From: an uncultured SAR86 cluster bacterium
GTDB taxonomy: Bacteria > Pseudomonadota > Gammaproteobacteria > Magnimaribacterales > D2472
Reading direction: 5' to 3'
Assembly: GCA_902623535.1 (NCBI GenBank)
Contig: CACNUA010000001.1
Span: forward strand, 45,711 to 109,710
Length of the DNA stretch: 64,000 nt
How positions within the stretch are numbered: position 1 is the stretch's first letter; each line of letters opens with the position of its first letter. The translations under genes were made by a program, and so were the position numbers. Positions 42,637 through 53,198 of the stretch are shown piece by piece. The notes under the pieces are model-generated. The model did not search any database, was not told where the DNA came from, and was given only the letters and a program-made list of their open reading frames with translations.

Positions 42637-42659
42637 TAGAACTATAGATTTAACTACAC

Positions 42660-43127
42660 ATGTTTGGCTTTAATTCAATAACAATCGACCCTAAGGGCAG
42701 AATAGCAATGCCTGCGAAATATAGGGATAGTCTGTTTGAACTAAACACAAATAAAATAGTTGTTACTAAAGATCCTCAATATCCTGCGCTAAAAATTTAT
42801 CCTCAAGGTGTATGGAATGACATTTCTTCTAGACTTCAGTCTTTACAAAGTCTTGATCCAATTGTACGAAAGCTGCAATGGACAATTCTAGGAAATGCCT
42901 CAGTTCAAGACTTTGATTCTCAATCTCGAATGCTTCTTATGATCCCAAGTGAACTAAGAGCTCATGCGGAAATAGAAATAAAAGAAAAGATTGCGCTAGT
43001 TGGGATGGGGGATAAGTTTGAGCTTTGGAGTCTAGCAAATTGGGAAGCTAGACAGCACGGTGGATCACTATCAACTGAAATACTTGAAGTGGTATTACCA
43101 GAAACAGTAAAAAATATGTCTTTTTAA
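42660..43127 (+). CDS. mraZ: Transcriptional regulator MraZ
   Basis: MFGFNSITIDPKGRIAMPAKYRD and a second SpoVT/AbrB-like half (DSQSRMLLMIPSELR). 155 aa. Confidence 0.93.
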   Translation: MFGFNSITIDPKGRIAMPAKYRDSLFELNTNKIVVTKDPQYPALKIYPQGVWNDISSRLQSLQSLDPIVRKLQWTILGNASVQDFDSQSRMLLMIPSELRAHAEIEIKEKIALVGMGDKFELWSLANWEARQHGGSLSTEILEVVLPETVKNMSF

Positions 43128-43137
43128 GGGGAGAGAT

Positions 43138-44259
43138 ATGAATTGGGAAATTATTGAAGACCATTCAGAGCAAGCAAAAATAAAAGTTATCGGGGTGGGT
43201 GGCGCCGGAGGCAATGCCGTGATTCATATGATGAATCACAATATCGATGGTGTTGAGTTTATCTGTGCTAATACGGATGCTCAGGCGTTAGCAAAGGCTA
43301 ATGGTGCCACTATTTTAAAGTTAGGTGGTGGAATCACCAAAGGATTAGGCGCAGGAGCTAATCCAGAGGTAGGACGTCAGGCAGCTGAAAGAGACAGAGA
43401 GTCACTTGAAGAACTCTTAGATGGTGCCGATATGGTCTTTATCACTGCGGGAATGGGAGGCGGAACTGGAACAGGTGCCGCACCAATAATTGCCTCGATA
43501 GCAAAAGAAATGGGCGCTCTTACAGTTGCAGTGGTAACAAAGCCTTTTCAGCTGGAAGGTAAAAAAAGAATTACTGCAGCAGAGCAAGGAATTGCTCATT
43601 TAGTAGAGGAAGTTGATAGCTTGATAACAATCCCAAATCAAAAATTGATGGAAGTACTTGGATTAAATGTTTCTATGCAAGAAGCTTTTGCCAAAGCAGA
43701 TGACGTGCTCAGAGGAGCAGTGCAAGGAATTTCAGACATAATCATGAAGCCTGGTTACGTTAACGTTGACTTTGCTGATGTCAAAACTGTTATGTCAGAG
43801 AAAGGTATTGCAATGATGGGAACCGGAGTCGCAGTTGGTAAAGAGAGAGGAGTTGAAGCAGCATCAGAAGCAATCGGCTCAGAACTTCTTGAAGATATAA
43901 ACCTTAAGGATGCTAGAGGCATACTGGTTAATTTAAGTGCTAAAAGTCCAACCATGGGCGATATGCATGAGGTCAACACAGTAGTTGAGGATATAGTTGC
44001 CGAAGATGCTCAAGTGATTTATGGGGCAGTAATTGATGAGAATCTTAATGAGGATGAGCTTACAGTTACAGTCGTAGCAACTGGTGTTAACCAAAAAGCA
44101 CCAAAGCTTGCGGTTGATAATTCACCAGCAACGGTAAAACTATCTCCAGTTGGGCTTGATAAAGATCATACAAAGGATTCAGTCAGTGTTGGCACATCGT
44201 CTGCAGAGGATATTGATTTCCTCGATGTGCCAACTTTCATGAGAAAGCAGGTAGATTAA
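43138..44259 (+). CDS. ftsZ: Cell division protein FtsZ (in a non-canonical position between mraZ and rsmH)
   Basis: [33 protein letters not shown], tubulin signature [23 protein letters not shown], and the conserved C-terminal peptide [16 protein letters not shown]. Near-collinear with remembered E. coli FtsZ. SD GGGGAGAG. Confidence 0.97.
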   Translation: MNWEIIEDHSEQAKIKVIGVGGAGGNAVIHMMNHNIDGVEFICANTDAQALAKANGATILKLGGGITKGLGAGANPEVGRQAAERDRESLEELLDGADMVFITAGMGGGTGTGAAPIIASIAKEMGALTVAVVTKPFQLEGKKRITAAEQGIAHLVEEVDSLITIPNQKLMEVLGLNVSMQEAFAKADDVLRGAVQGISDIIMKPGYVNVDFADVKTVMSEKGIAMMGTGVAVGKERGVEAASEAIGSELLEDINLKDARGILVNLSAKSPTMGDMHEVNTVVEDIVAEDAQVIYGAVIDENLNEDELTVTVVATGVNQKAPKLAVDNSPATVKLSPVGLDKDHTKDSVSVGTSSAEDIDFLDVPTFMRKQVD

Positions 44260-44263
44260 TCAA

Positions 44264-45154
44264 ATGCAACATGTTCCGGTTCTACTGGAGGAATCGGTTA
44301 GCCTTTTAAATATTCAACCCAATGGTGCATACCTTGATGGCACATTTGGTAGGGGAGGGCACTCGAAAAAAATCCTCTCACAACTAAATAATAAAGGAAG
44401 ATTATTCGCAATTGATAAAGATCCTCAAGCTATAAGTTATGCAAAAAAAACTATTACTGACAAAAGATTTAAAATCTTTCATCATGACTTTGCACATCTA
44501 AGTAAACTTAAACTTCCAAAGATTAACGGTGCTCTGTTTGATTTTGGAGTTTGCTCAACTCACTTTGATGATCCTAAAAGAGGCTTTAGCCTTAAAGAGG
44601 ATGGTCCTCTTGATATGAGGATGAATAATCTTGAAGGTATAAGTGCAGAAAAATGGATAAATGAAACTCCTGAAGAAGATATGGCCAATATATTTTTTAA
44701 GTACGGAGAAGAAAAGCAGTCAAGAAAAATTGCAAAACTTATTTCAATTTATAGGTCTGAGCAAAGAATTGAATCGACACTACAATTAGCAAATTTAATT
44801 TCAAGTTCAATTAAATCAAAATCAAGAATTCATCCAGCAACTAAGATTTTTCAGGCAATCAGAATTGAAGTTAATCAAGAGATATCTGCAATTGAAATGA
44901 TGGTTGACGCTCTTGATAAAATTCTATTGCCTGGAGCAAGAGTAGCAATAATTTCATTTCACTCCCTAGAGGATAGAATAGTAAAAAATTACTATTCTCC
45001 AAAAACTATCTCATATCCAAAAGAAATACCAATCAACAATACTATTGATGAGAGTTATAGGGCAGTTAAAAAAAAATTGAGAGCTAAACAAGAGGAAGTG
45101 AAATCTAATCCTAGAAGTAGAAGTGCGGTATTAAGGGTATATGCAAAAAAATGA
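44264..45154 (+). CDS. rsmH: 16S rRNA (cytosine1402-N4)-methyltransferase
   Basis: HVPVLLEE, YLDGTFGRGGHS, DLGVSS-like FDFGVCSTHFDDPKRGFS and SFHSLEDRIVK. Confidence 0.93.
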   Translation: MQHVPVLLEESVSLLNIQPNGAYLDGTFGRGGHSKKILSQLNNKGRLFAIDKDPQAISYAKKTITDKRFKIFHHDFAHLSKLKLPKINGALFDFGVCSTHFDDPKRGFSLKEDGPLDMRMNNLEGISAEKWINETPEEDMANIFFKYGEEKQSRKIAKLISIYRSEQRIESTLQLANLISSSIKSKSRIHPATKIFQAIRIEVNQEISAIEMMVDALDKILLPGARVAIISFHSLEDRIVKNYYSPKTISYPKEIPINNTIDESYRAVKKKLRAKQEEVKSNPRSRSAVLRVYAKK

Positions 45155-45414
45155 GAAATACTAAAGCCCATCATTTATATTTCATACTCTTTTTAATATT
45201 GGTATCTAATATCTCGTTAATAAAGATTAGATGGGAAAATTCAATTTTGGCAAATGATATTGAGAATACAAGGTACGAGATTTTGAAATTAAAAGAAATT
45301 AATCTCAATCTAACCACAGAAAAAAATTTCTTAACTTCATTAGCAAAAACAGAGATGTCTTCTATTCAAGATTTAAATATGAAGAACGCCGAAACAAGGT
45401 TAAAAATAAAATAA
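45151..45414 (+). CDS. ftsL: Cell division protein FtsL
   Basis: 87 aa with a single TM followed by a leucine-zipper-like coiled coil. Position between rsmH and ftsI. Confidence 0.65.
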   Translation: MRNTKAHHLYFILFLILVSNISLIKIRWENSILANDIENTRYEILKLKEINLNLTTEKNFLTSLAKTEMSSIQDLNMKNAETRLKIK

Positions 45415-45418
45415 ATTT

Positions 45419-47002
45419 ATGACTAGCAGATTAACAGTTCGTTTTTATATCATATTCGGAGTTATGGCCCTTATGACAACCATAATTATCTTGAGAATAT
45501 TTTATTTGTATCAAGAGGAGGGTGATTTCTTAAAGGCTAAAGGTGATCACAGGACCATTTCAGTCAGAGATATTCCATATGCAAGAGGTGCAATATATGA
45601 TGCAAATAATTACCCTTTAGCTACAAGCCTTATTAAATATAATTTATATGGTCTTAAAGGACTTGATACTACTGATTTAGATCTTTCCTTTAATGTTTTA
45701 AATCAAGATACGGGCTTCTTAAAAAAGAAAAAAATTCTTAAAGAAGATATCTCGCTTGAAGAAATTCAGGAAATTAAGTCAAAAAGGAATGATTATCTTG
45801 AGATTGAATCCTTTTATAAGAGAATTTATCCCCTGGGAGAGCAAATAGCTACGCTAATTGGTTTTGCAGGTGCAGATAATAAAGGCTTAGAGGGGCTAGA
45901 AAAAGGATATGAAAATCACCTAAAAGAAGAGGTTGGAAAAAAACAAATCTTTAAAAATCGAAGGCAAGAAATAATTAAGCCCCCAAAGATTTTAAATAGA
46001 GGATCCGATGGCAATAATCTTAAGTTGACCATTGAGCATGAGATCCAATATTCAGTTCATAAGAGCCTTTCTCAAGGAGTAATTCAAGCACAGGCAAAAG
46101 GTGGCAGTGCAGTTGTTTTGGATAATGAAACTGGAAGAATATTGGCAATAGCTAGCTATCCGTCATATAACCCCAATGATCCCAATAGATTTATTCAAAG
46201 GAATAGAGCACTATTGGACAGTTTTGAGCCAGGGTCAGTTATTAAGCCAATTGCTCTCGCAATTGGCATTGAAAATAATGATGTAGATTTTAAAAAATCT
46301 GTGGAAACTGATCCTGGATATATAGAGCTTAACTCTCAGGTTATAGCTGATCAAAGAAATTATGGCTCATTACTTCCCATCGATATTATTGCAAAATCAA
46401 GTCAGGTAGGGGCTGCAAAGATTGCATTAGAGATTGACTCATATGATTTGACTAATGGATATAAAAGATTTGGATTGGCTGTTCCCCCGAATATAAACTT
46501 TCCATCCATAGCGTATGGAAAAATTAATCAAAGATCTAATATTAGTGATCATGAAATAGCAAGCTTAGGGTTTGGATATGGGTTAGAGGCATCTGCAATC
46601 CAATTAGCCATGGCATTTTCAGTGTTTGCAAATGATGGAGTTTTAAAAGGATTTCATTTAGTTGAAGAAAAAAATCACAGTAATCCAAGCCAGGTAATCT
46701 CTAAGCATACTGCTGAACTAATTATGGAATCACTTGAGCAAGTTATTATTGATGGTACAGGCACACAAGCAAAGCATCATTTACATAGAGTTGCAGGTAA
46801 GACTGGCACATCTCATAAAGTTAGCAACGGAAAATATGATAAAAGCAAATACATTTCATCATTCATTGGCATCGGACCACTTGAAACAAAAAAGTACACA
46901 ATTTTAGTGACAATTGATGAGCCTGGTTTAAATCGTTACTCTGGAGGGGAAGTTGCAGCGCCAGTTTTCAAAGAAATATTCGATGATCTAGTAAGCTTGT
47001 AA
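45419..47002 (+). CDS. ftsI: Peptidoglycan D,D-transpeptidase FtsI (PBP3)
   Basis: N-terminal TM. Motifs read directly: FEPGSVIKP (contains an SxxK pattern, SVIK), KSSQ, and GKTGTS (contains KTG). Confidence 0.9.
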   Translation: MTSRLTVRFYIIFGVMALMTTIIILRIFYLYQEEGDFLKAKGDHRTISVRDIPYARGAIYDANNYPLATSLIKYNLYGLKGLDTTDLDLSFNVLNQDTGFLKKKKILKEDISLEEIQEIKSKRNDYLEIESFYKRIYPLGEQIATLIGFAGADNKGLEGLEKGYENHLKEEVGKKQIFKNRRQEIIKPPKILNRGSDGNNLKLTIEHEIQYSVHKSLSQGVIQAQAKGGSAVVLDNETGRILAIASYPSYNPNDPNRFIQRNRALLDSFEPGSVIKPIALAIGIENNDVDFKKSVETDPGYIELNSQVIADQRNYGSLLPIDIIAKSSQVGAAKIALEIDSYDLTNGYKRFGLAVPPNINFPSIAYGKINQRSNISDHEIASLGFGYGLEASAIQLAMAFSVFANDGVLKGFHLVEEKNHSNPSQVISKHTAELIMESLEQVIIDGTGTQAKHHLHRVAGKTGTSHKVSNGKYDKSKYISSFIGIGPLETKKYTILVTIDEPGLNRYSGGEVAAPVFKEIFDDLVSL

Positions 47003-47005
47003 TTT

Positions 47006-48436
47006 ATGAATTCAAAAGATATTTGGAAAGATTGTTTTAATTTTGATTTCCCATCATCAAGTATGGTGCCCCATATTTCAAACTCTTCAAGGGAAATCAA
47101 AAAAAACTCAGTTTTCTTTGCTATGCAAGGCACCAAATCACATGGCTGCCAATTTATAAATGAAGCTTTTACTAAAGGAGCTGCCTTTGTAGTAACAGAT
47201 AAAATACCTGAGAATACTAATTCTGAAAATATTTTTTTTGTGCCTGATCTAGAGAAAAAAATATTAAACTTCTTAGTTCAATATTATTCGATAGATATTA
47301 CAAAAATAAAATTTTTTGGTATCACAGGTACTAATGGTAAAACCTCAGTAGCCTATTTGTGCTACCAGCTCTATAAAAAGACTGGGAATCCAAGTGCTTA
47401 CATGGGAACTTTAGGATTTATTAGTGATGAATATCAATCAATTCCAAAGGAAACCACTCCGGATATATTTAGCCTATTCAAGCACCTTGCAAGCCTCAAT
47501 AAGATAGAAGGGCTTGGATTATTTTTAGAACTATCCTCTCATGGACTTCATCAAGAAAGATTGAACATGCTCGATTATGAGAAAGTATGTATTGCAAACA
47601 TCGGCAGTGATCACCTTGACTATCATCAAACTCAAGAAGACTATGAAAGATCAAAGTTATCTATTTTAGATTTAAGTCAAAGATCAACACCATTGGTTAA
47701 CTATGATGTATTAGAGGTAATTAAAAAACACAATGTCAAAGACTATAAGATGCAAACCTTTTCAGATAGTCAAGAAAAAAGTGATTTTTTATTTAGAATC
47801 CTTCCGAGGAAAACCGATTTTTATGACGTTGAGATCTGTGAAGTTGAAAAAAGTAAATCAATTAAATTCAATTCAAACCTATTTCCAAAATTCAATATTA
47901 TAAATTTATGCACAGCAATAATGATGCTAAAAAATAATTTAATTAAGTTAAATATTAATAAAGAAATACAGAATATAGCTTTGCCAAAAGGAAGGAATAC
48001 CGTTTTTAAGTCAACAAGCAAACATGTCATCATTGATTTTGCTCATAATGATACAGCCATGAAGAATATTCTTGCTAGTTATAAAGAAAAGTACAAAAAT
48101 GTTTGGGTATTGTTTGGATGTGGAGGTGAAAGAGATAGACCTAAAAGATCCAGAATGTATAAAACTGCCCAAATTTATGCATCAAAGATATTTTTTACCT
48201 CAGACAATTCAAGAAACGAGGACTTTGTTAGCATAAAAAAAGATGCACTGCCATCAGATCTCCCAGATAGCACAAGCATTATCGAGGATAGAGAAGAAGC
48301 AATTGAAAGCGCTGTATTATCTCTTCCAAAAGATATACCCCTTTTAATTCTTGGAAGAGGCCATGAAGAATTTTTAGATATCAAAAATAAGATTGTTGCT
48401 CACTCCGATATTTCATCCGTAAAACGGTTTTTTTAA
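47006..48436 (+). CDS. murE: UDP-MurNAc-L-Ala-D-Glu:meso-DAP ligase
   Basis: Mur ligase P-loop GITGTNGKTSVAY. Order within the dcw cluster. Confidence 0.88.
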   Translation: MNSKDIWKDCFNFDFPSSSMVPHISNSSREIKKNSVFFAMQGTKSHGCQFINEAFTKGAAFVVTDKIPENTNSENIFFVPDLEKKILNFLVQYYSIDITKIKFFGITGTNGKTSVAYLCYQLYKKTGNPSAYMGTLGFISDEYQSIPKETTPDIFSLFKHLASLNKIEGLGLFLELSSHGLHQERLNMLDYEKVCIANIGSDHLDYHQTQEDYERSKLSILDLSQRSTPLVNYDVLEVIKKHNVKDYKMQTFSDSQEKSDFLFRILPRKTDFYDVEICEVEKSKSIKFNSNLFPKFNIINLCTAIMMLKNNLIKLNINKEIQNIALPKGRNTVFKSTSKHVIIDFAHNDTAMKNILASYKEKYKNVWVLFGCGGERDRPKRSRMYKTAQIYASKIFFTSDNSRNEDFVSIKKDALPSDLPDSTSIIEDREEAIESAVLSLPKDIPLLILGRGHEEFLDIKNKIVAHSDISSVKRFF

Positions 48437-49773
48437 TGCGAATTCTTGATTCAACAGATTTTTTACTAAAACTACTTAAGACAGAAAATCATTCAATTTC
48501 ATCACAACCTATATCAGACGTCCAAATCGATTCTAGGTTAGTTAAAAGTGGGACATTATTCTTTGGGCTTCAAGGAGATAACGTTAATGGCTCAGATTAT
48601 GCACAAGATGCAATTAATCGAGGGGCATCATGTGTTATTTCAAATAACTTGGATAAATCACTTGATGAAAAATATCATGTATTTCATGAAAATCCTCTTG
48701 AACTAATGCAATTCATTGCAAAAGCCATCGCAAAAAACTTTAATGGGACTAAGCTTGGTATAACAGGAAGCAATGGAAAAACAACCGTTAAAAATTTACT
48801 ATCTGAGCTCATTGAATATACATACTCAAGCTCTGGTAACTTTAATAATGAAATTGGATTACCGCTAAGTATTTTAGATCTTCCGGTCAGTGCTAAAGTA
48901 GGTATTTTTGAAATGGGTGCCGGTCAACCTGGAGACATTAAATTTTTATCAGAGATTTTAAGTCCTAGCATGGGGATAATTACTTCAATAGGCCGTTCAC
49001 ATCTTGAAAGATTGGGGTCAGAGGAGGGCGTTCTAAAGGTAAAATCTGAGTTGATTGAAAATATACAATCAGGTGGAACAGCTATTATCCCACATGGAAA
49101 ATATGAAAAATATTGGAAATCAATCCGCTCTGATATTGATTTTATTACATTTGGTTTTGATAAAGATGCTGATTTTCAAGCAAAAATCATTAGTCAAACG
49201 CATCAAAATTGCACATTTGAGATAAAAGATAATTTAAATAAGCTTCAGCAAACACTATTAAGCCCATTGCTTGGAAAACACAACGTCTTAAATGTATCAA
49301 TAGCATTTATTGCTTCTCAAGTTTTGGGACAGGAGCATACTTTTTTCAAAACTAAACTTAAAAAGTTTAAAAATTTTGAAAATCGGTTAAGCCCAAAATC
49401 TTGGATTAATAAATCAATAATTATTGACGATTCCTATAACGCTAATCCAGAATCTTTCAGTGCAGGTGTTGATTCTTTGGAATTATTTGAAGGACGTAAA
49501 ATTATAATCCTTGGGGATATGCTTGAATTAGGTAATGACTCTAAATTATTTCATGAGGAGGCTGGGCAGTATGCGCTAAATGCTGGAATTGAATCTCTAT
49601 TTAGTTTTGGAAATCATTCAAAATATGCATCAATGGTTTTTGGCAAAAATGGTAAACATTTCAATGACGAAAATGAGCTAAAACTCTTTATTAAAAATAA
49701 TATTAGTAGTGGAGATTTGGTATATATTAAGGGTTCGCGGGGCATGAAAATGGAGAGATTTATCGATGATTGA
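48436..49773 (+). CDS. murF: UDP-MurNAc-tripeptide:D-Ala-D-Ala ligase
   Basis: [21 protein letters not shown] and GDMLELG motifs. Confidence 0.9.
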   Translation: MRILDSTDFLLKLLKTENHSISSQPISDVQIDSRLVKSGTLFFGLQGDNVNGSDYAQDAINRGASCVISNNLDKSLDEKYHVFHENPLELMQFIAKAIAKNFNGTKLGITGSNGKTTVKNLLSELIEYTYSSSGNFNNEIGLPLSILDLPVSAKVGIFEMGAGQPGDIKFLSEILSPSMGIITSIGRSHLERLGSEEGVLKVKSELIENIQSGGTAIIPHGKYEKYWKSIRSDIDFITFGFDKDADFQAKIISQTHQNCTFEIKDNLNKLQQTLLSPLLGKHNVLNVSIAFIASQVLGQEHTFFKTKLKKFKNFENRLSPKSWINKSIIIDDSYNANPESFSAGVDSLELFEGRKIIILGDMLELGNDSKLFHEEAGQYALNAGIESLFSFGNHSKYASMVFGKNGKHFNDENELKLFIKNNISSGDLVYIKGSRGMKMERFIDD

Positions 49774-50848
49774 GCTACTTGGAGGCTATTTAGTAGTCTT
49801 TGATTCAGGGTTTGATGTATTGCGTTATCTAACGGTGCGAACTATTGGAGGAACAATTACCGCATTGTTCTTATCTATTTTTCTTGGACCGATAATAATT
49901 AAATTTTTAAATCATCTTCAATTTTCACAGTCCATTAGAGATGATGGCCCTCAGTCACATTTATCTAAGTCTGGCACCCCAACTATGGGGGGATTAATAA
50001 TTTTCACCTCATTAATTATCTCAACCCTTTTGTGGGCAGACTTATCAAACTACTACATCTGGCTTTTACTGCTAACAACATTTTTATTTGCAGGCATTGG
50101 AAGCTTAGATGATTATTTAAAAATCAAGGAAAAGAATTCAAAAGGATTAAAAGGTAAGCATAAATTAATTTTTCAAGCCTTATTTTCAGTATTGATCCTT
50201 GGAATTTATTTATATCTGTCTGATGGTGACAATTTATATTTTATCCTTCCTTTTAATAAGGATTTTATTTTTGATATTTCAATCACATTCTTTATTTTAT
50301 TTGGGTTATTTGTGATAGTTGGCTCATCTAATGCAGTTAACTTAACTGATGGTTTAGATGGTTTAGCAATTTTGCCCTCTATTTTAATTACCGGAGGTTT
50401 GGGATTAGTCGCATACGCTATGGGAAACCAAATTATAGCTGAATATTTATATGTTCCTTTTTTACCTCTGTCTGGCGAGCTTATCGTATTTGCAGGTGCT
50501 TTGATTGGAGCAGGAATCGGCTTTCTTTGGTACAACACTTACCCTGCACAAATCTTCATGGGCGATGTTGGTTCTTTAACCTTGGGAGCAATTTTGGCAG
50601 TGTTTGCAATTTTACTAAGGCAAGAAATTGTATTTGCTTTTATGGCAGGTATCTTTATTTTGGAAACAATAAGTGTAATTTTGCAGGTTGCATCTTACAG
50701 ACTTTTCGGAAAAAGAATTTTTTTAATGGCACCAATTCATCATCATTTTGAATTAAAGGGTTGGCCAGAACCAAAGGTTATTGTTAGATTTTGGATCATC
50801 ACTTTCTTATTGGTATTATTTGCGCTTGCAACGCTTAAGTTACGTTGA
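49766..50848 (+). CDS. mraY: Phospho-N-acetylmuramoyl-pentapeptide transferase
   Basis: Polytopic protein with [27 protein letters not shown] and APIHHHFE. Confidence 0.95.
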   Translation: MIELLGGYLVVFDSGFDVLRYLTVRTIGGTITALFLSIFLGPIIIKFLNHLQFSQSIRDDGPQSHLSKSGTPTMGGLIIFTSLIISTLLWADLSNYYIWLLLLTTFLFAGIGSLDDYLKIKEKNSKGLKGKHKLIFQALFSVLILGIYLYLSDGDNLYFILPFNKDFIFDISITFFILFGLFVIVGSSNAVNLTDGLDGLAILPSILITGGLGLVAYAMGNQIIAEYLYVPFLPLSGELIVFAGALIGAGIGFLWYNTYPAQIFMGDVGSLTLGAILAVFAILLRQEIVFAFMAGIFILETISVILQVASYRLFGKRIFLMAPIHHHFELKGWPEPKVIVRFWIITFLLVLFALATLKLR

Positions 50849-52092
50849 TTGAAAAGTATTTTCTTATCATTGGTTCAGGTTTATCTGGAGTATCAGTTTC
50901 TAAATATCTTTTAAAAAAAGGCCTCCCTTTTGACATAGCTGATACCCGTGAAGTACCGCCATTTGAAATTAATCCCTCAAAAAATGGGAAAACCTTTTTA
51001 GGCGATCAGTTTAAAGATATAGATTTTCAAAAATATCAAAAAATTTATTTATCTCCAGGGTTCAATCCTGAACAAATTATAGAGTTTTCAAACAAATTTA
51101 TTAGTGAGTTAGACCTATTTCTTAATGACTCAACTGCTCCAATTATTGCGGTTACTGGAACAAACGGTAAAAGTTCCACCATAAATCAGTTAGAGCAAAT
51201 CTTATCAATGCAAGGCCTGAAGTCTGCTAAAGGAGGTAATATTGGAACACCAATGCTGAACAATCTAGAGCTTGATAACCAAATAGACGTTCATTTAATT
51301 GAGCTATCAAGCTTTCAGCTAGAGTTCTTTAGAGGAAAAAGAATAGAACATAATTCTTCTACTTTCGGTGTTTTTTTAAACTTTGCTCCAGATCATTTAG
51401 ATCGTCATAAATCTATCCAGAATTATCTAAGCTGCAAGTCAAACATAGCAAAACTTTTGCTCGAGCCCGATTGCCTGATTTTTAATAGTACTGATCCAAA
51501 GACACTTATCGAGGGTAATTTTAAGACGCAATCAATCCCATTCGAGCAATCAAAATCAAAGAAAAATTGTATTGAGGCAGACTTTATTGCAAAAGCTTTT
51601 ATTGAATGGTTGGGTTTAGATTTTAAGAAATATCCTAAAGAAAAAATAGAGCAACTTCCATTTCGAAACCAGCAATTTAATTTGCTTAGAGGTCTCTTGG
51701 CAATTAATGACTCAAAGTCAACTAACCCTCATTCAGTTGAGTTTTCATTATCAAAATTAGATTCTTCAAAAAAAACTTTACTTATCTTGGGAGGATTGAA
51801 GAAAAATATCTCTTTCAAAGATTTAGATTTGCCCCAAAGTGTCCAAACAGTTTATTTATTTGGAAAAGACAGGAAGAAAATAGCAGAAGAAATTACTCAT
51901 AAAGATATAGTGATTAAAGAATGCCTAGACGAAATAATTGATGTAATAAAAAATTATCTTTCAAGTATAAACGAACTGAATCAATTTATTATTTTATTTA
52001 GTCCAGGTTGTTCAAGCTTTGATCAGTATAATAATTTTGAGGAAAGAGGCGCTGCATTTAACAAACTAATAAATGAAGCTCTAAGAGTATGA
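50845..52092 (+). CDS. murD: UDP-MurNAc-L-Ala:D-Glu ligase
   Basis: N-terminal GSGLSG Rossmann motif and P-loop [10 protein letters not shown]. Non-ATG start overlapping the mraY stop. Confidence 0.88.
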   Translation: MIEKYFLIIGSGLSGVSVSKYLLKKGLPFDIADTREVPPFEINPSKNGKTFLGDQFKDIDFQKYQKIYLSPGFNPEQIIEFSNKFISELDLFLNDSTAPIIAVTGTNGKSSTINQLEQILSMQGLKSAKGGNIGTPMLNNLELDNQIDVHLIELSSFQLEFFRGKRIEHNSSTFGVFLNFAPDHLDRHKSIQNYLSCKSNIAKLLLEPDCLIFNSTDPKTLIEGNFKTQSIPFEQSKSKKNCIEADFIAKAFIEWLGLDFKKYPKEKIEQLPFRNQQFNLLRGLLAINDSKSTNPHSVEFSLSKLDSSKKTLLILGGLKKNISFKDLDLPQSVQTVYLFGKDRKKIAEEITHKDIVIKECLDEIIDVIKNYLSSINELNQFIILFSPGCSSFDQYNNFEERGAAFNKLINEALRV

Positions 52093-53198
52093 TTTTTTCA
52101 CGATCATCGCTTTTAATTACTTCGCTTACCGGATTAATAATTTTTGGTATTACCTTTGTAACATCTGCATCTGTTTATGTTGCTGTTGACCTTACCGGTG
52201 ACCCATTTTATTTTGCAAAACGTGAAATTGTTTTTATATTTCTTGGTGTTTTAGCAATCCTGATATCAGTAAACATACCAACAGATTTATATCATAAATA
52301 TGATTGGGTATTTTTATTAGCATCGTTAGCTTTATTGGTTGCTTTATTTATCCCAGGAATAGGGAAGGTTGTAAAAGGCAGTCTACGTTGGATTGATTTA
52401 GGGTTTTTTAATTTACAGCCCTCAGAACTAGTCAAATTAGCAATCATTCTTTACATTGCGGGATACTCAGTGAGACGCACCACAGAGTTAAGTACCCTCA
52501 TTGGTTTTGTTAGACCAATGATGATCTTATCTCTTTTATCACTCTTAATTTTATTGCAACCGGATCTTGGTACAACAGTGATTATATGCAGCCTTGTTTT
52601 AATAATGCTTTTTTTTGCAGGAATTTCATTCGGTCAATTTTTATTCCTGATTTCTGTTTTAGGTTTTCTAGCATATATAGCAATAATTTATACTCCATTT
52701 CGATTGGCTAGATTGGTATCGTTCAGAGATCCATTCGCTCCTGAATTTGAGCTGAGCTCAGGATGGCAGCTTTCAAATGCTCTCATTGGAATTGGCAGGG
52801 GCGATCTTTTTGGAATAGGTCTTGGGAATAGCATTCAAAAAAACCTCTATTTGCCTGAACCACATACTGATTTTATTTTTGCGATCATTCTTGAGGAAAC
52901 TGGCATTATTGGAGGCTTCCTTCTTATGTTATTATTTATCTCGCTAATCACATCCATAGTACAAATTTCATTTGACGCTTTAAGGCAAAATAGATTGTTT
53001 CAAGGTTATGTATGTTTTGGAATAGGATCTTTGCTATCTATTCAAACCATCTTTAACATTGGAGTTAATATAGGCTTGTTACCTACAAAGGGCTTGACGC
53101 TTCCTTTTATAAGTTATGGTGGAGCAAGTTTAATTATTTTTATGCTTATGATGGGTATTGTTTTTAGAATAGATTTTGAAAACAGGAATCTAGATTGA
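52089..53198 (+). CDS. ftsW: SEDS-family peptidoglycan glycosyltransferase FtsW
   Basis: RWIDLGFFNLQPSELVKLAIILYIA, PEPHTDFIFAII and LPFISYGGAS. Confidence 0.9.
   Translation: MIFSRSSLLITSLTGLIIFGITFVTSASVYVAVDLTGDPFYFAKREIVFIFLGVLAILISVNIPTDLYHKYDWVFLLASLALLVALFIPGIGKVVKGSLRWIDLGFFNLQPSELVKLAIILYIAGYSVRRTTELSTLIGFVRPMMILSLLSLLILLQPDLGTTVIICSLVLIMLFFAGISFGQFLFLISVLGFLAYIAIIYTPFRLARLVSFRDPFAPEFELSSGWQLSNALIGIGRGDLFGIGLGNSIQKNLYLPEPHTDFIFAIILEETGIIGGFLLMLLFISLITSIVQISFDALRQNRLFQGYVCFGIGSLLSIQTIFNIGVNIGLLPTKGLTLPFISYGGASLIIFMLMMGIVFRIDFENRNLD

Noticed and set aside
43138-44259. I considered whether ftsZ in the odd position is a horizontally acquired or extra paralogue, or an FtsZ-like/tubulin-like gene of a mobile element.
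   Set aside because: The sequence is near-collinear with E. coli-type FtsZ, including the C-terminal FtsA/ZipA-binding peptide. Codon and AT usage look like the neighbours. No flanking repeats, integrase or phage genes are present, and the canonical slot after ftsA is empty. It therefore looks like the native copy relocated.
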